Source of the DNA: Anaerolineales bacterium
GTDB taxonomy: Bacteria; Chloroflexota; Anaerolineae; Anaerolineales; RBG-16-64-43
DNA length: 64,000 bases
Reading direction: 5' to 3'
NCBI GenBank assembly: GCA_049511715.1
Contig: JBEKXU010000010.1
Coordinates: 24,793-88,792, forward strand
The notes under the pieces are model-generated. The model ran no database searches. It was not told where the DNA came from and saw only the letters and a program-made list of their open reading frames with translations. Shown here piece after piece: positions 19,864-30,087 of this stretch. Both the position numbers and the translations under genes were made by a program. Within the stretch, counting starts at the first letter, position 1. Each line of letters opens with the position of its first letter.

Positions 19864-21609
19864 GTGAGCCAACAAACCCCACGCCGACCCCGACAATGGT
19901 TCACGATTGACTTGCACCTGCATACTCCGGCCTCCTCGGACTATCAAGAGGAGGGGGTCACCCTGGTGGACGTGCTCAGGAGGGCGGAGGCGCGCGGCCT
20001 GTCCGCCATTGCCTTGACCGACCACAATACGGTCGCCGGATATCGCCGTCTGCAAGAAGAGATTCGTTTCCTGGAGCAATTGCAGGGCACGGGTCGCTTG
20101 CTGGCGGAGGAAAAAGACCGCTTGGCCGAGATGCAGCGCCTGCTCGCCAAGGTGGTCGTGTTTCCCGGCTTTGAATTCACGGCCACGTTGGGTTTTCACA
20201 TTCTGGGCATATTCCCGCCGGAAAAATCCGTCCGCGAGATCGAGCACCTCCTGCTGGACCTGAACATTCCAGCGGACCAGCTCGATCTGGGCAGTTCCAC
20301 CGTGGGGGCTTCCGCCGACGTGCTGAGCGCCTACCGGAAGATCGATGAGGCGGGAGGCTTGGTGATTGCGGCTCATGCGAATTCGAGCAACGGAGTCGCG
20401 ATGCGGGGCTTTGACTTCGGGGGACAGACGAAGATTGCCTATACCCAGGACCCGCACCTGCACGCCCTGGAGGTGACCGACCTGGAACAACGGGGGCCCC
20501 GCTCAACGGCCAAATTCTTCAGCGGGACGAAGCCAGAGTACCCTCGGCGGATGCACTGCATCCAGGGCTCGGATTGCCACCGCCTGCGCCTGGACCCGAA
20601 CAACCGCAAGAACCTGGGCGTTGGAGATCGAGCCACCGATGTGCTCCTCCCGGAACTAAGCATCGCGGCCCTCAGGGAACTCTTTCTCAGCAATGACTTC
20701 GCCCGGACCCGCCCCCGTCGCGCGGCCAAAGAGGAAGTGGATGACTTCATCCAACTCGCCCGGGCCGAGGGTCCCAGCATCATCCAGGCATTCCATGAGA
20801 GTATGGCCAACCGGGGGGGAAAGCTCTTCGCCATCATTGCGGATGTGTGCGCTTTTGCCAACGCCAACGGAGGTACCCTGTTGGTGGGCGTAAGCCCGGA
20901 CCCCAAGGTCCCCCCCGCCGGGATCGGCAATGCCAACCAGGCGGTGCCCATCCTGGAGCGCGAGATCCGCAACAAGATCAGCCCGACGCTGGCCTGCAGC
21001 GTGGATATTCAGGAAACCGTCGGCAAGAAAGTTGTGCGCGTCCTGGTGCCTCGCGGGACGGATCCCCCGTATGCCGTGGATGACAACAAGGTGTACGTGC
21101 GCGAGGAGGCGGAGAGCGTTCTGGCCGTGCGGGATGAGATCGTGCAGTTGGTGCTGCGGGGGAGGGCCCTCGCGCGCGCGGTGGAGGTCCCGGCATTGAA
21201 CCAGGCCACCGAGGCGGCCGAGACCAGCCCGGCCGAAAGTGTTGCGTCGGAAGCGGGATCTTTGCCGCCGCCTCGAACCGGCGTCGAAGTGGTGGGCTTC
21301 GAGGAGCGCGATGGGAATCGATACTTCACCATGCGGGACCTGCGCAACGGGATGGTGGTCAAGAACGTGACCCAGGCATCGGCCCGGCGCCTCTGGCATT
21401 ACGCGGTCACCGAGTATTCGAGTCTCCCGCCTGCGGAACGCGTCAACTGGGTAGGGGATCTTGCCCTCATCAAGAAGCGCTCGCACCGAGGGGTGGAGCG
21501 CTACGATCTCTTGCAACGGACCCCCGAAGGAATGCGAGCCTATTTCGGCGTAACCGAAGAGGGACTGCATGGGAAGTGGAAGCAGTTGATGGGTCCCGAA
21601 GAGGAATAG
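19864..21609 (+). CDS. PHP-domain phosphoesterase fused to AlbA_2 (Schlafen-like) putative DNA-binding domain and an unassigned C-terminal domain
   Basis: PHP metal-ligand motifs appear complete: DLHLHT, LTDHN, PGFEF, FHILG, AAHAN, GSDCH. The mid region FAIIADVCAFANANGGTLLVGV...VVRVLVPRG...PYAVDDNKVYVRE resembles AlbA_2. I did not recognise the last ~120 aa. Confidence 0.65.
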   Translation: MSQQTPRRPRQWFTIDLHLHTPASSDYQEEGVTLVDVLRRAEARGLSAIALTDHNTVAGYRRLQEEIRFLEQLQGTGRLLAEEKDRLAEMQRLLAKVVVFPGFEFTATLGFHILGIFPPEKSVREIEHLLLDLNIPADQLDLGSSTVGASADVLSAYRKIDEAGGLVIAAHANSSNGVAMRGFDFGGQTKIAYTQDPHLHALEVTDLEQRGPRSTAKFFSGTKPEYPRRMHCIQGSDCHRLRLDPNNRKNLGVGDRATDVLLPELSIAALRELFLSNDFARTRPRRAAKEEVDDFIQLARAEGPSIIQAFHESMANRGGKLFAIIADVCAFANANGGTLLVGVSPDPKVPPAGIGNANQAVPILEREIRNKISPTLACSVDIQETVGKKVVRVLVPRGTDPPYAVDDNKVYVREEAESVLAVRDEIVQLVLRGRALARAVEVPALNQATEAAETSPAESVASEAGSLPPPRTGVEVVGFEERDGNRYFTMRDLRNGMVVKNVTQASARRLWHYAVTEYSSLPPAERVNWVGDLALIKKRSHRGVERYDLLQRTPEGMRAYFGVTEEGLHGKWKQLMGPEEE

Positions 21610-22026
21610 GTGCCGATTCGCGAGATCCGTTTTCCCGACGATTTCCCGAAAGTGCTGGACCTGTGGCGGAGATGTGCTCCGGGGATTTCCTTGGGCGCTT
21701 CGGATTCCTCTGCGGAAATCGAGAAGAAATTGAGCCGGGACCCGGATCTCTTTCTTGTGCTGGAGGCGGAGGGCAAGATCGTCGGCACGGTCCTGGGCGG
21801 CTTTGACGGGCGGCGCGGGATGATTTACCACTTGGCCGTTGATCCGGCCCAGCGTCAAAAGGGGTTGGGCCAGAGGCTGATGGAAGAGGTCGAGACGCGT
21901 CTTCGCCATAAGGGTTGTCGAAAGATCTATCTCTTGGTGGTCCCGGAGAACCCGGCCCTGGATTTCTATCTGGCTCGGGGCTGGCAACCCATGCGCCATC
22001 ACCTCCTGGGGAAGGAGTTGTTCTGA
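21610..22026 (+). CDS. GNAT family N-acetyltransferase (YpeA-like)
   Basis: GTG immediately after the upstream stop codon. 138 aa colinear with E. coli YpeA as I remember it (…LWRRC…, GTVLGGFDGRRGMIYHLAVDPAQRQKGLGQRLM acetyl-CoA motif). Confidence 0.85.
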   Translation: MPIREIRFPDDFPKVLDLWRRCAPGISLGASDSSAEIEKKLSRDPDLFLVLEAEGKIVGTVLGGFDGRRGMIYHLAVDPAQRQKGLGQRLMEEVETRLRHKGCRKIYLLVVPENPALDFYLARGWQPMRHHLLGKELF

Positions 22027-22164
22027 GACGGCCCCGCAGGCCGGTTCTTTGACTTGGGCGGGCTGCGGAGACAATTTCCGGGTTTCCCCAGCTCGTGGGC
22101 TCGATGTGCCAGGAATGGCGACGTTTGGGAGTCGCCCGTAGTTGCCAGGAGGCAGGAGCGCAAG

Positions 22165-22668
22165 ATGAGAGTGTCGATCCTGACGGTTTCGGATCGTTCC
22201 TCACGCAGCGAGAGGGCTGACGCCTCCGGTCCCCTGCTGCGCGAGATGATGGAAAAGCGGGGTTGGGTTGTGGTGGCGACCGACGTTGTCCCCGATGAGA
22301 AGCTCCAGATCTCAGGCCGGCTTCGAGAGTGGTGCGACGCCGACGGGACGGACCTGGTTCTGACAACGGGAGGCACCGGTTTGGCGCCCCGGGACATCAC
22401 CCCCGAGGCCACGCGCGAAGTGATCGAGCGCGAGGCTCCGGGACTGGCCGAAGCCATGCGTGCGGCCGCCGTCCCCAACAATCCGCACGCCATGCTCTCC
22501 CGGGGGATCGCGGGTGTCCGCGCGAAAACCCTCGTGGTGAACTTGCCGGGAAGCCCCCAAGGGGCCCGGGAGGGATTGGAGGTCCTTCTCCCGGCTCTGC
22601 CGCATGCTGTGGAACTGATTCGGGGTCTGCCTGGCGCGGAGTCCGGGCACGGCCGGCTCGAGGGCTAG
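22165..22668 (+). CDS. mogA: Molybdenum cofactor biosynthesis protein MogA/MoaB family
   Basis: MRVSILTVSDR..., LVLTTGGTGLAPRD, VNLPGSP motifs. ATG at 22165 within the longer listed ORF. Confidence 0.88.
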   Translation: MRVSILTVSDRSSRSERADASGPLLREMMEKRGWVVVATDVVPDEKLQISGRLREWCDADGTDLVLTTGGTGLAPRDITPEATREVIEREAPGLAEAMRAAAVPNNPHAMLSRGIAGVRAKTLVVNLPGSPQGAREGLEVLLPALPHAVELIRGLPGAESGHGRLEG

Positions 22669-22750
22669 GGGGGAGAGTACCCCTCTGGAGCCGGGGCGGG
22701 GGGACGGGGCAGGCCGGGGGGTGCTTGGGAGCCTCGCCTGTTCAGAACCC

Positions 22751-22779
22751 TTGACCGCCTTCAGGCTAGCGGGTATAAT
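22751..22779 (+). promoter_or_regulatory. Near-consensus sigma70 promoter (TTGACC - 17 nt - TATAAT)
   Basis: -35 TTGACC at 22751-22756, a 17-nt spacer, and -10 TATAAT at 22774-22779, read directly from the sequence. It lies 143 nt upstream of the rpoC start. Confidence 0.65.
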
Positions 22780-22817
22780 CCCGCGCAGATCTGAGTGCTC
22801 GACATTAGAAAAAGGTG

Positions 22818-22853
22818 CGGCGCTGGGCAGGGCCCAAGCGCTGGTTTTTTGTT
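22818..22853 (+). terminator. Intrinsic terminator-like hairpin + T-run between the promoter and rpoC
   Basis: Stem GCGCTGGG / CCCAAGCGC (8-10 bp, one bulged A), 5-nt loop CAGGG, followed by TGGTTTTTTGTTG. Confidence 0.65.
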
Positions 22854-22921
22854 GCTAAGTGGCGGCGGAGAGGCGTTTCCCGCCCAGAGCGTGGGCGGTT
22901 TCCCCGGAGGGAAGGTGACGA

Positions 22922-25900
22922 GTGGATGCGAAGAACATCAGTGCCATTAAGGTCAGCCTAGCATCTCCGGACACGATCAAGAGCTGGTCGTATGGCGAGG
23001 TCACTCGCCCCGAGACGATCAACTATCGTCGTCTGCGCCCCGAGAAAGATGGGCTGTTTGACGAGGCGATCTTCGGTCCTACCCGTGACTGGCAGTGCTA
23101 CTGCGGCAAGTACAAGAACATCCGGCATCGCGGCGTGATCTGCGACAAGTGCGGGGTGGAGGTTACGCGTTCCTCGGTGCGCCGCGAGCGCATGGGACAC
23201 ATCGAGCTGGCTGCGCCCGTGGCCCATGTTTGGTACACGCGTCGCGTCCCCTCCTATTTGGGGCTGCTCCTCGATATTTCCCGGCGCAATCTCGACCGCG
23301 TTCTCTACTTTGCGCAATACGTTGTGACCCATGTGGATGAAGATGCCCGTCAAAAGGCTCTGCGCCGTCTCGACGAAGAGGTAGACCGGCTGGAGAAGCG
23401 CCGCGGTGATGAGGTCAACCAGAAGATCGCGCAGGCCAAAACGGCCAGAGACAAGCGATTGGAGGAATTGGAACTTCGGGTCGCCCGATCCAAGGAAAAA
23501 TTCGAAGAAGAGGTCAACGAGCGGCTCGAGCCCCTGATCAAAGAGGGGCAAAGAATGGAGCAGTCGCTGCGGGAGAAGGTGGGGACCACGATCCGGGTTC
23601 CCATTGAATTTGCTCCCACTCGCACGGAGATCGCTGAGAAAGGGACGACCGTTTCCAACAAGCACCTGACCATCCTGCAAAAGGCCGTGAAATCGCGGCT
23701 GGAGGAGATCGAGAGCGAGCTAAAAGAGAAGCGGGATCGATCGATTGAGAAACTCAAGCTGGAAATGGAAAAGGTGCGCGCGGAGGCCGAAGAGGAGCTG
23801 GTCGGCCTGCGCAACCAGCTGGAGGACCAGTCGGCCAGCGACCAGGAAGAGTCGGTGAATCAACGCGACGAGTTGATGGAAATCCAGCCCCTCTCGTTCT
23901 TGGGGGAGAGTCGCTATCGGGAACTCAAGAACCGCTGGGGCCAGGTATTCAAGGCCGAGATGGGCGCGGAGGCATTCCTGGAGATCCTGCACAACCTGGA
24001 CCTGGACAAGCTGGCCAATTCGCTGTGGCATGAGGTGCGGACGACCAAGAGCAAGCAGCGAAAGAAGAAGGCGACCAAACGACTCAAGGTGATTGAGGCC
24101 TTCCGGCGCTCGGCCAACCGGCCGGAGTGGATGGTGATGACCGTCCTTCCGGTTATCCCGCCGGAGTTGCGTCCCATGGTCCAGCTGGACGGAGGTCGGT
24201 TTGCGACCTCGGATCTCAATGACCTCTACCGGCGGGTCATTAACCGCAACAACCGACTCAAGAGGCTGATCGAGCTGGGCGCTCCGGATGTGATCGTGCG
24301 CAATGAGAAGCGGATGCTGCAGGAAGCCGTGGACTCGCTGATCGACAATTCTCAGCGCGGCAAGGCCCTTTCCCGGCGCGGCCGAAGGGAACTGAAATCG
24401 TTGAGCGACATGCTCAAGGGGAAGAAGGGCCGCTTCCGACGCAACTTGCTGGGGAAGCGCGTGGACTACTCGGGCCGATCCGTGATTGTGGTCGGGCCGC
24501 GGTTGAAGCTCTACCAATGCGGCCTGCCCAAGGTCATGGCCCTCGAGCTGTATCGTCCCTTCGTGATTGCCAAGCTGGTGCAGTATGGATATGCCAACAA
24601 TGTGAAGGGCGCACGACGCTCGATTGAGCGTGAGCGGCCCGAGGTCTGGGAGGTCCTGGAGGAAGTTATCCGTGATCGTCCGGTGCTTCTCAACCGGGCG
24701 CCGACCCTGCACCGCCTGGGCATCCAAGCCTTTGAGCCGATCCTGGTCGAGGGCAAGGCCATCCAGATTCACCCTCTGGTCTGCGCGGCCTTCAATGCCG
24801 ACTTCGACGGCGACCAAATGGCCGTCCACGTGCCTCTGTCCGACAAGGCGGTCTGGGAGGCGCGAGAGTTGATGCTTTCCACCAAGAACCTGCTCAAGCC
24901 CGCGGATGGGGAGCCGATCGTCGGCCCGACCAAGGACATGGTCTTGGGCGTCTACTACTTGACGATGACTGACCCGCGGCTGGAGACCAAGATCGACTCC
25001 GAGATTCATTCTTTCAGCAGCCTAGACGAGGTCGAGCTGGCCTACCGGTTGGGCAAGGCGGACTTGCATACCCCGGTTCATGCGCTGGTGACCACCTGGT
25101 ACAACGACAAGGGCGAACGATATCAGCGGGGGCAGCGGCGGACCATGCGCACGACCGTGGGCCGAGCGCTGTTCAACCTAGCACTCCCGGAGGCCATGCG
25201 CTTTGTCAACCAATCGCTTGACAAAAGCGCCCTGCAGCGGCTGGTTTCCCAGTCCTACCAGGTTCTGGGTTCCGAGGCGACCATCGAGCTCGTGGACCGC
25301 GTCAAGGAAATCGGATTCGGATACGCCACTCGCTCCGGGACGACGATTGCCATTTCGGACATCGCCGTGCCGCCCGAAAAGAAAGACATCATCGACCACT
25401 CCCTTGAGGAGCAGGGCCTGATTGAACGAGACTACCGCCGCGGCCTGCTGACCGAGCAGGAGCAGAATGAGCGCATCATCGAGCTGTGGCAACATGCGGT
25501 CAATGATGTCGGGGATGCCGTCAAGAAACACCTGGATCCGACGGGAAACCTGAGCACGATGGCCCTCTCGGGTGCCACGAAAGGCGGGTTCGGACCGATT
25601 TCCCAGCTGGCGGGCATGCGCGGCCTGATGGCTGACCCGGCGGGCCGCATTATCCCGTTGCCGATTCGGTCCAACTTCCGGGACGGACTGACCGCCCTGG
25701 AGTACTTCATCTCCACCCATGGGGCGCGCAAGGGCTTGGCGGACACCGCGTTGCGCACGGCAGATGCTGGCTACCTCACACGCCGGCTGGTGGATGTCGC
25801 CCAGGATGTCATCGTTGCGGACCATGACTGCGGAACCGAAGACGGGGTTCACATTCGTCGCCGGGATGATGTGGCGGGCCAGTCCTACGAGTCGCGCTTG

Positions 25901-27142
25901 TTCGGCCGGATCGCGGCGCGGAAGGTGGTGGATGCGCAGACGGGCGAGTTGATCACGGGTCGAAATGAGCTCATCACCCTCGAACAGGCTCGCCGCATCG
26001 CTTCAAGCTCGCTGGAGGAAGTGCTGGTTCGTTCCCCCCTGACCTGCGCCATGCGTCATGGCCTGTGCCAGCTGTGCTACGGGCTGGATCTGGGTCGCGG
26101 GGCTTTGGTGGAACTGGGCACGGCCGTCGGGATTGTGGCGGCGCAGTCGATCGGGGAACCGGGCACCCAACTCACCTTGCGCACCTTCCATACGGGGGGC
26201 GTCGCCGCGGGGGGGGACATCACCTCCGGTCTGCCCCGGGTCGAGGAGCTCTTCGAGGCGCGGAAAAAGCCCAAGGGCGAGGCCGTGGTTAGCGAGATCA
26301 GCGGGCTTGTGGAGATTCACCGCAAAGAAGGCGGGCAGCGCACACTGCGGGTCGTCAACAGTGAGCTGTTGCGGGATGAGTATGAGGTTCCTGGGAATTG
26401 GTCGCTGAAAATTGAGGACGGTTCAGCGATCGAGGCCGGGACGATCATCGCCAGCCGCGGGGAAGCGGAGATTCCCGCCGAACATGGCGGCCGGGCGCGC
26501 GTCCGCGACCACAAAGTCCTGATCACCTACGAACGCAGGGACGAGGGCGAATACGAGATTCCTTCCGGCGCGCGTTTGGTCACGGGGGAGGGGCAGACGG
26601 TCGAAGCGGGTCAAAGCCTGACGGAAGGCTCCCTCAACCCTCATCGGATTCTGAGAATTCAGGGGCGGGAGGCCTGCTTCCTGTACTTGCTCACAGAAAT
26701 CCAAAAGGTGTATCGAGCCCAGGGCCAGAACATCAACGACAAGCATTTCGAAGTGGTCTTGCGCAAAATGCTGGCCAAGGTGCAGGTCGTCCGCCCAGGC
26801 GACACCGAGTACCTGCCAGGAGAGCTCCTGGACCGCCTGAAGTTGCAGGACATCAACGAGAAACTGCTTGGGGAGGGCAAGCAGCCGGCGACTGCTGCTC
26901 CAGTGCTTCTGGGGGTCACCAAGGCTTCCCTCAGCACGGATTCCTTCTTCTCGGCTTCCTCCTTCCAGCACACCATCAAGGTGTTGGCCGGAGCGGCGAT
27001 CGAGGGACGTGTCGATCCCCTGCTGGGCCTCAAGGAGAATGTCATCATCGGCAAGCTGATCCCTGCGGGCACAGGCTTCCAGAAGCGCGAGCCCGTGGTG
27101 GAGGAAGAAGCGGTGATGGCTCCCAATACTATTGCGGAGTGA
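22922..27142 (+). CDS. rpoC: DNA-directed RNA polymerase subunit beta-prime
   Basis: Zn finger CYCGKYK...[22 protein letters not shown] active site, bridge helix and trigger loop regions, C-terminal [13 protein letters not shown] start after the GGAGGGAAGG SD. Confidence 0.97.
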   Translation: MDAKNISAIKVSLASPDTIKSWSYGEVTRPETINYRRLRPEKDGLFDEAIFGPTRDWQCYCGKYKNIRHRGVICDKCGVEVTRSSVRRERMGHIELAAPVAHVWYTRRVPSYLGLLLDISRRNLDRVLYFAQYVVTHVDEDARQKALRRLDEEVDRLEKRRGDEVNQKIAQAKTARDKRLEELELRVARSKEKFEEEVNERLEPLIKEGQRMEQSLREKVGTTIRVPIEFAPTRTEIAEKGTTVSNKHLTILQKAVKSRLEEIESELKEKRDRSIEKLKLEMEKVRAEAEEELVGLRNQLEDQSASDQEESVNQRDELMEIQPLSFLGESRYRELKNRWGQVFKAEMGAEAFLEILHNLDLDKLANSLWHEVRTTKSKQRKKKATKRLKVIEAFRRSANRPEWMVMTVLPVIPPELRPMVQLDGGRFATSDLNDLYRRVINRNNRLKRLIELGAPDVIVRNEKRMLQEAVDSLIDNSQRGKALSRRGRRELKSLSDMLKGKKGRFRRNLLGKRVDYSGRSVIVVGPRLKLYQCGLPKVMALELYRPFVIAKLVQYGYANNVKGARRSIERERPEVWEVLEEVIRDRPVLLNRAPTLHRLGIQAFEPILVEGKAIQIHPLVCAAFNADFDGDQMAVHVPLSDKAVWEARELMLSTKNLLKPADGEPIVGPTKDMVLGVYYLTMTDPRLETKIDSEIHSFSSLDEVELAYRLGKADLHTPVHALVTTWYNDKGERYQRGQRRTMRTTVGRALFNLALPEAMRFVNQSLDKSALQRLVSQSYQVLGSEATIELVDRVKEIGFGYATRSGTTIAISDIAVPPEKKDIIDHSLEEQGLIERDYRRGLLTEQEQNERIIELWQHAVNDVGDAVKKHLDPTGNLSTMALSGATKGGFGPISQLAGMRGLMADPAGRIIPLPIRSNFRDGLTALEYFISTHGARKGLADTALRTADAGYLTRRLVDVAQDVIVADHDCGTEDGVHIRRRDDVAGQSYESRLFGRIAARKVVDAQTGELITGRNELITLEQARRIASSSLEEVLVRSPLTCAMRHGLCQLCYGLDLGRGALVELGTAVGIVAAQSIGEPGTQLTLRTFHTGGVAAGGDITSGLPRVEELFEARKKPKGEAVVSEISGLVEIHRKEGGQRTLRVVNSELLRDEYEVPGNWSLKIEDGSAIEAGTIIASRGEAEIPAEHGGRARVRDHKVLITYERRDEGEYEIPSGARLVTGEGQTVEAGQSLTEGSLNPHRILRIQGREACFLYLLTEIQKVYRAQGQNINDKHFEVVLRKMLAKVQVVRPGDTEYLPGELLDRLKLQDINEKLLGEGKQPATAAPVLLGVTKASLSTDSFFSASSFQHTIKVLAGAAIEGRVDPLLGLKENVIIGKLIPAGTGFQKREPVVEEEAVMAPNTIAE

Positions 27143-27167
27143 GCTGGGGGAGGGTGCGCAAGTTCCG

Positions 27168-27202
27168 GTGGGCCGAGGCCAGCGCTCGGCCCACTTTCAT
27201 TT
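27168..27202 (+). terminator. Intrinsic terminator downstream of rpoC
   Basis: Perfect 10-bp stem GTGGGCCGAG / CTCGGCCCAC, 7-nt loop, then TTTCATTT. Begins 26 nt after the rpoC stop. Confidence 0.7.
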
Positions 27203-27384
27203 GTATGCCTTGCACGGACACGGTCTGGTAAGGGGGGAATCCTTCAGGGGAGGAAGGGTGCTGACCGCAGCCCAAGGCGGTTCCGATCCCTCAGGTCCCC
27301 TCGATCCAGGGGCGGGCCGCCATCGGGCGCAGCCCGATGGCGAACTGGGGTTGGGCCACCCTGAGCCGGCCACGGCCACCCGCC

Positions 27385-28443
27385 CTAGTGGGAGCAGGCC
27401 GGAAGCGGGTCGGGCCCTGTCCCGAGATCCACCCAGGCAAGCTTGCCGGGCCTGACGGTGGTCGTAGCTACCTGGAGGTTCGGAGAGTAGGCTGTGACTT
27501 GATAGATTCCCGGCTCCAGGTCCGTCACGGCAAAGTTCTCCTTGAGGAGATCGTCACTCCCCGCCGTGTCGGCCTCGAAATCATAAGTGGTCAAAAAGCG
27601 CACGATTTGCAAGCCGCCTAGGTCATCCCACTTCCTCAGGGTCACGGTTCGTCCCGGCAGCAGATGGCCAGAGGCGTCGACAACCCTTCCTGCCAGCGCC
27701 CCCAGCGTTGTCCCCGCCTGGCTCCGAGGTGCGAGCCAAAGCTCCGGGTTGCGAACGCTGGTGTATTGGTCGGTGTCCAAACGCACTTCGAAATGAAGGT
27801 GGGCGCCGATCGCGACGCCGGTCAGGCCGACTCTCCCAAGCAGGTCCCCTGGCAAGACATGTTGGCCGACCTTGACGGCGATCTCGCTGAGGTGGCCTTG
27901 GAGCAGGAAAATGGGATGACCCTCGGGTTCACGGTCGAGTTGCAGCACGACCACGTTCCCGTAGAAGTTGAATGACGGCCCCAGGAGGAAGTGAAGATCG
28001 TTTCCTGCGAAGACCACGGTTCCGGGCGCGGCGGCGACCACCGGCGTGCCCTGGGGATTCTCAAGGTCCACGCCATGATGAGGCTCGCGGGTCCCTCCCT
28101 GGGTGGATCCAAAGGGATAGCTTGGGTCGATGAATTGGGTAAAACCCAGCGGGATTGGCCGGCCAAGCCAGAGCAGGGGACAGGGACTAGGGGTCAGCCC
28201 GGGGGTGGGGGTCTTCACAGAAGCAAGCGGCGTGAGCGCGGGGAGGGTGGGGGCGGAAGGAGAGGCCTTAAGGGCGGGGGTGCTGATCGCGGGAGAAGGG
28301 ATTGGTTCGAGGTGATCGCCCGACCCGACGGGGCTTCCGGCGCAACCTCCGCAGCCCAAGGCCGCTCCGATAGAAACAAGAATGGCCAGCGGAACCCAAC
28401 CCAGGCGAAAGGGGTGGGGGGATTTCCTCTGCGGCTCGGTCAT
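27385..28443 (-). CDS. M23 family metallopeptidase (N-terminal signal/lipobox-like segment; C-terminal beta-sandwich-like domain)
   Basis: HHGVDL...GTVVFAG...GHLS...GAHLHFEV M23 motifs. The start overlaps the FTCD stop (ATGA). Confidence 0.85.
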   Translation of the reverse strand: MTEPQRKSPHPFRLGWVPLAILVSIGAALGCGGCAGSPVGSGDHLEPIPSPAISTPALKASPSAPTLPALTPLASVKTPTPGLTPSPCPLLWLGRPIPLGFTQFIDPSYPFGSTQGGTREPHHGVDLENPQGTPVVAAAPGTVVFAGNDLHFLLGPSFNFYGNVVVLQLDREPEGHPIFLLQGHLSEIAVKVGQHVLPGDLLGRVGLTGVAIGAHLHFEVRLDTDQYTSVRNPELWLAPRSQAGTTLGALAGRVVDASGHLLPGRTVTLRKWDDLGGLQIVRFLTTYDFEADTAGSDDLLKENFAVTDLEPGIYQVTAYSPNLQVATTTVRPGKLAWVDLGTGPDPLPACSH

Positions 28444-29975
28444 GCGAGCAGGCCAAGGCGAGGCAGAATCCGGGATTGGAGGGACTTCATTGCCGCCTCG
28501 GATCGGGCTTCGACTTGCTCCAGTTCGTGCCGGATCTGGTCCGCGCGATCATTGCCGGCCAGGTCCATCAAGTTCGTGCGCACATTCAGGCCGGCTGATT
28601 TCAGGGCGGCGTCGGCCAAGAATCCGCTCGTGCCGACATCCGAGGAAGCCGAGGGCAGGCCCAGGTCGGCGGCTTGGCTCGCCAGCTCCAGAAGACGGCA
28701 GGAGTGCTGGCAGACTTCCAGGGGGACCTGGGCGGCATGCAGCAGGGCTTCCTGCTGGGAGCGCAGGGCATGCTCACGTTCCAACGGGCTTGCCGAGGGG
28801 AGTCGCCGGGCCTGCAGGACTTGTTCGAAGGCCAGGGCGTCCTGCCGCACGGCCTCCTGGAGCCGCGCCCGGAGGGTGTCGGCTTCTTGAATCATGGCCA
28901 GCATGACTTCGCGGGATCCCGCATACTTCTTGCGCCCCGAGGTGAGACGAGCCACCATACCAATCAGAGCCGCCGCCATGGCCGCGGCCATGGCGGCCGC
29001 TGATCCGCCGCCGGGGCTTGGTTCGCCAGAGGCAAGTTCTTGGAGGAAGCTCTGCTCGGCAGATGGCAGATTCTCCTTGTCGGCGGAGGCAAGGCGGTTT
29101 TCAATGACCTGCTCGGCCGAGAAGGGCTCGAGCTGAAGGTACCACGCGGCAGCATCCAGAAGCGCGGCCTGGGGTAGCAGGCCGACGATCTCCCCCCGCA
29201 CAATCCTCGTACCCCACCGGCTGGCCTCACGGCGCACCATCTCACAGGCCTGCGCGATCGAGGTTTGTGTATAGTCCGTCAGGTTCATGGAAACCTGCGC
29301 TCGGCCCTCCACCAGGAGCCCCAGGGCTTTGACATTGCGGAGCCCTCCCGTGGTTCCACGAACTGCGCGGGCGATTCTCCTGGCGACCTCCTCCTGGGCC
29401 GTGTCGAGGTAGATGTTATAGGCCAGCAGAGGCCGCCGGGCTCCGACGACCGTGGCGCCAGCGGGGCCGAGGCAAGCAGGGCCGAAATCCGGACGGCGGT
29501 CCGCGTTGGTGGCGATCTCGGCCTTCAAGCCCTCAAACTCTCCTCGGCGGATGTCCTCCAGGTTGGTGCGGTCCGGACGGAGGGCCGCCGCCTCATATAA
29601 ATAGACCGGGAGGCCCAGCTCCTCCGCCAAGCGGCTTCCAAGGTGGCGGGCCAGATTGACGCAATCGGCCAGTGTCAGGCCTTGAAGCGGGATGAACGGA
29701 ATCACATCAGTGGCGCCAATTCGCGGATGTTGGCCCACGTGGTGATTGAGGTCGATCAGCTGCGCGGCTTGGGCGGCGGCCGCAAAGGCGGCTTTTTCAA
29801 CGGCTTCGGGCGCGCCGACGAAGGTGAGGACGGTTCGGTTGTGATCCGGGTCGCTGTGCTGGTCGAGGAGATGCACTCCGGGGGTGTCCTCGATCGTCCT
29901 CACCAATTGGAGAATGACCTCGCTGCGGCGTCCTTCGGAGAAATTCGGAACACATTCGACCAGCGGAGGGGACAT
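28440..29975 (-). CDS. ftcD: Bifunctional glutamate formimidoyltransferase / formimidoyltetrahydrofolate cyclodeaminase
   Basis: MSPPLVECVPNFSEGRR... (transferase domain), then the C-terminal helical cyclodeaminase domain (GGGSAAAMAAAMAAALIGMVARLT). ATG at 29975 within the longer listed ORF. Confidence 0.9.
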   Translation of the reverse strand: MSPPLVECVPNFSEGRRSEVILQLVRTIEDTPGVHLLDQHSDPDHNRTVLTFVGAPEAVEKAAFAAAAQAAQLIDLNHHVGQHPRIGATDVIPFIPLQGLTLADCVNLARHLGSRLAEELGLPVYLYEAAALRPDRTNLEDIRRGEFEGLKAEIATNADRRPDFGPACLGPAGATVVGARRPLLAYNIYLDTAQEEVARRIARAVRGTTGGLRNVKALGLLVEGRAQVSMNLTDYTQTSIAQACEMVRREASRWGTRIVRGEIVGLLPQAALLDAAAWYLQLEPFSAEQVIENRLASADKENLPSAEQSFLQELASGEPSPGGGSAAAMAAAMAAALIGMVARLTSGRKKYAGSREVMLAMIQEADTLRARLQEAVRQDALAFEQVLQARRLPSASPLEREHALRSQQEALLHAAQVPLEVCQHSCRLLELASQAADLGLPSASSDVGTSGFLADAALKSAGLNVRTNLMDLAGNDRADQIRHELEQVEARSEAAMKSLQSRILPRLGLLA

Positions 29976-30087
29976 GGTAGCCTCGTTTCGGCGGTTGGCG
30001 CTAATGGGGGGATTATATAACTCCCGATTGGACAGCCCGGCAGGCGGCCGCGGCCACCGCCGCCTTCGCCGGAACGGAAATCGCTGC

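Noticed and set aside
21610-22026. The GNAT gene as a toxin of a GNAT/RHH-type toxin-antitoxin pair.
   Set aside because: The sequence is colinear with the housekeeping YpeA-type acetyltransferases. No small RHH/DUF1778 antitoxin gene is adjacent.
22027-22164. Possible Moco riboswitch in the 138-nt region upstream of mogA.
   Set aside because: I see only one local hairpin (GGCGAC…GTCGCC) and a TGCCAGGA direct repeat. I cannot recognise the conserved Moco motif core from memory. It needs an Rfam scan before any claim.
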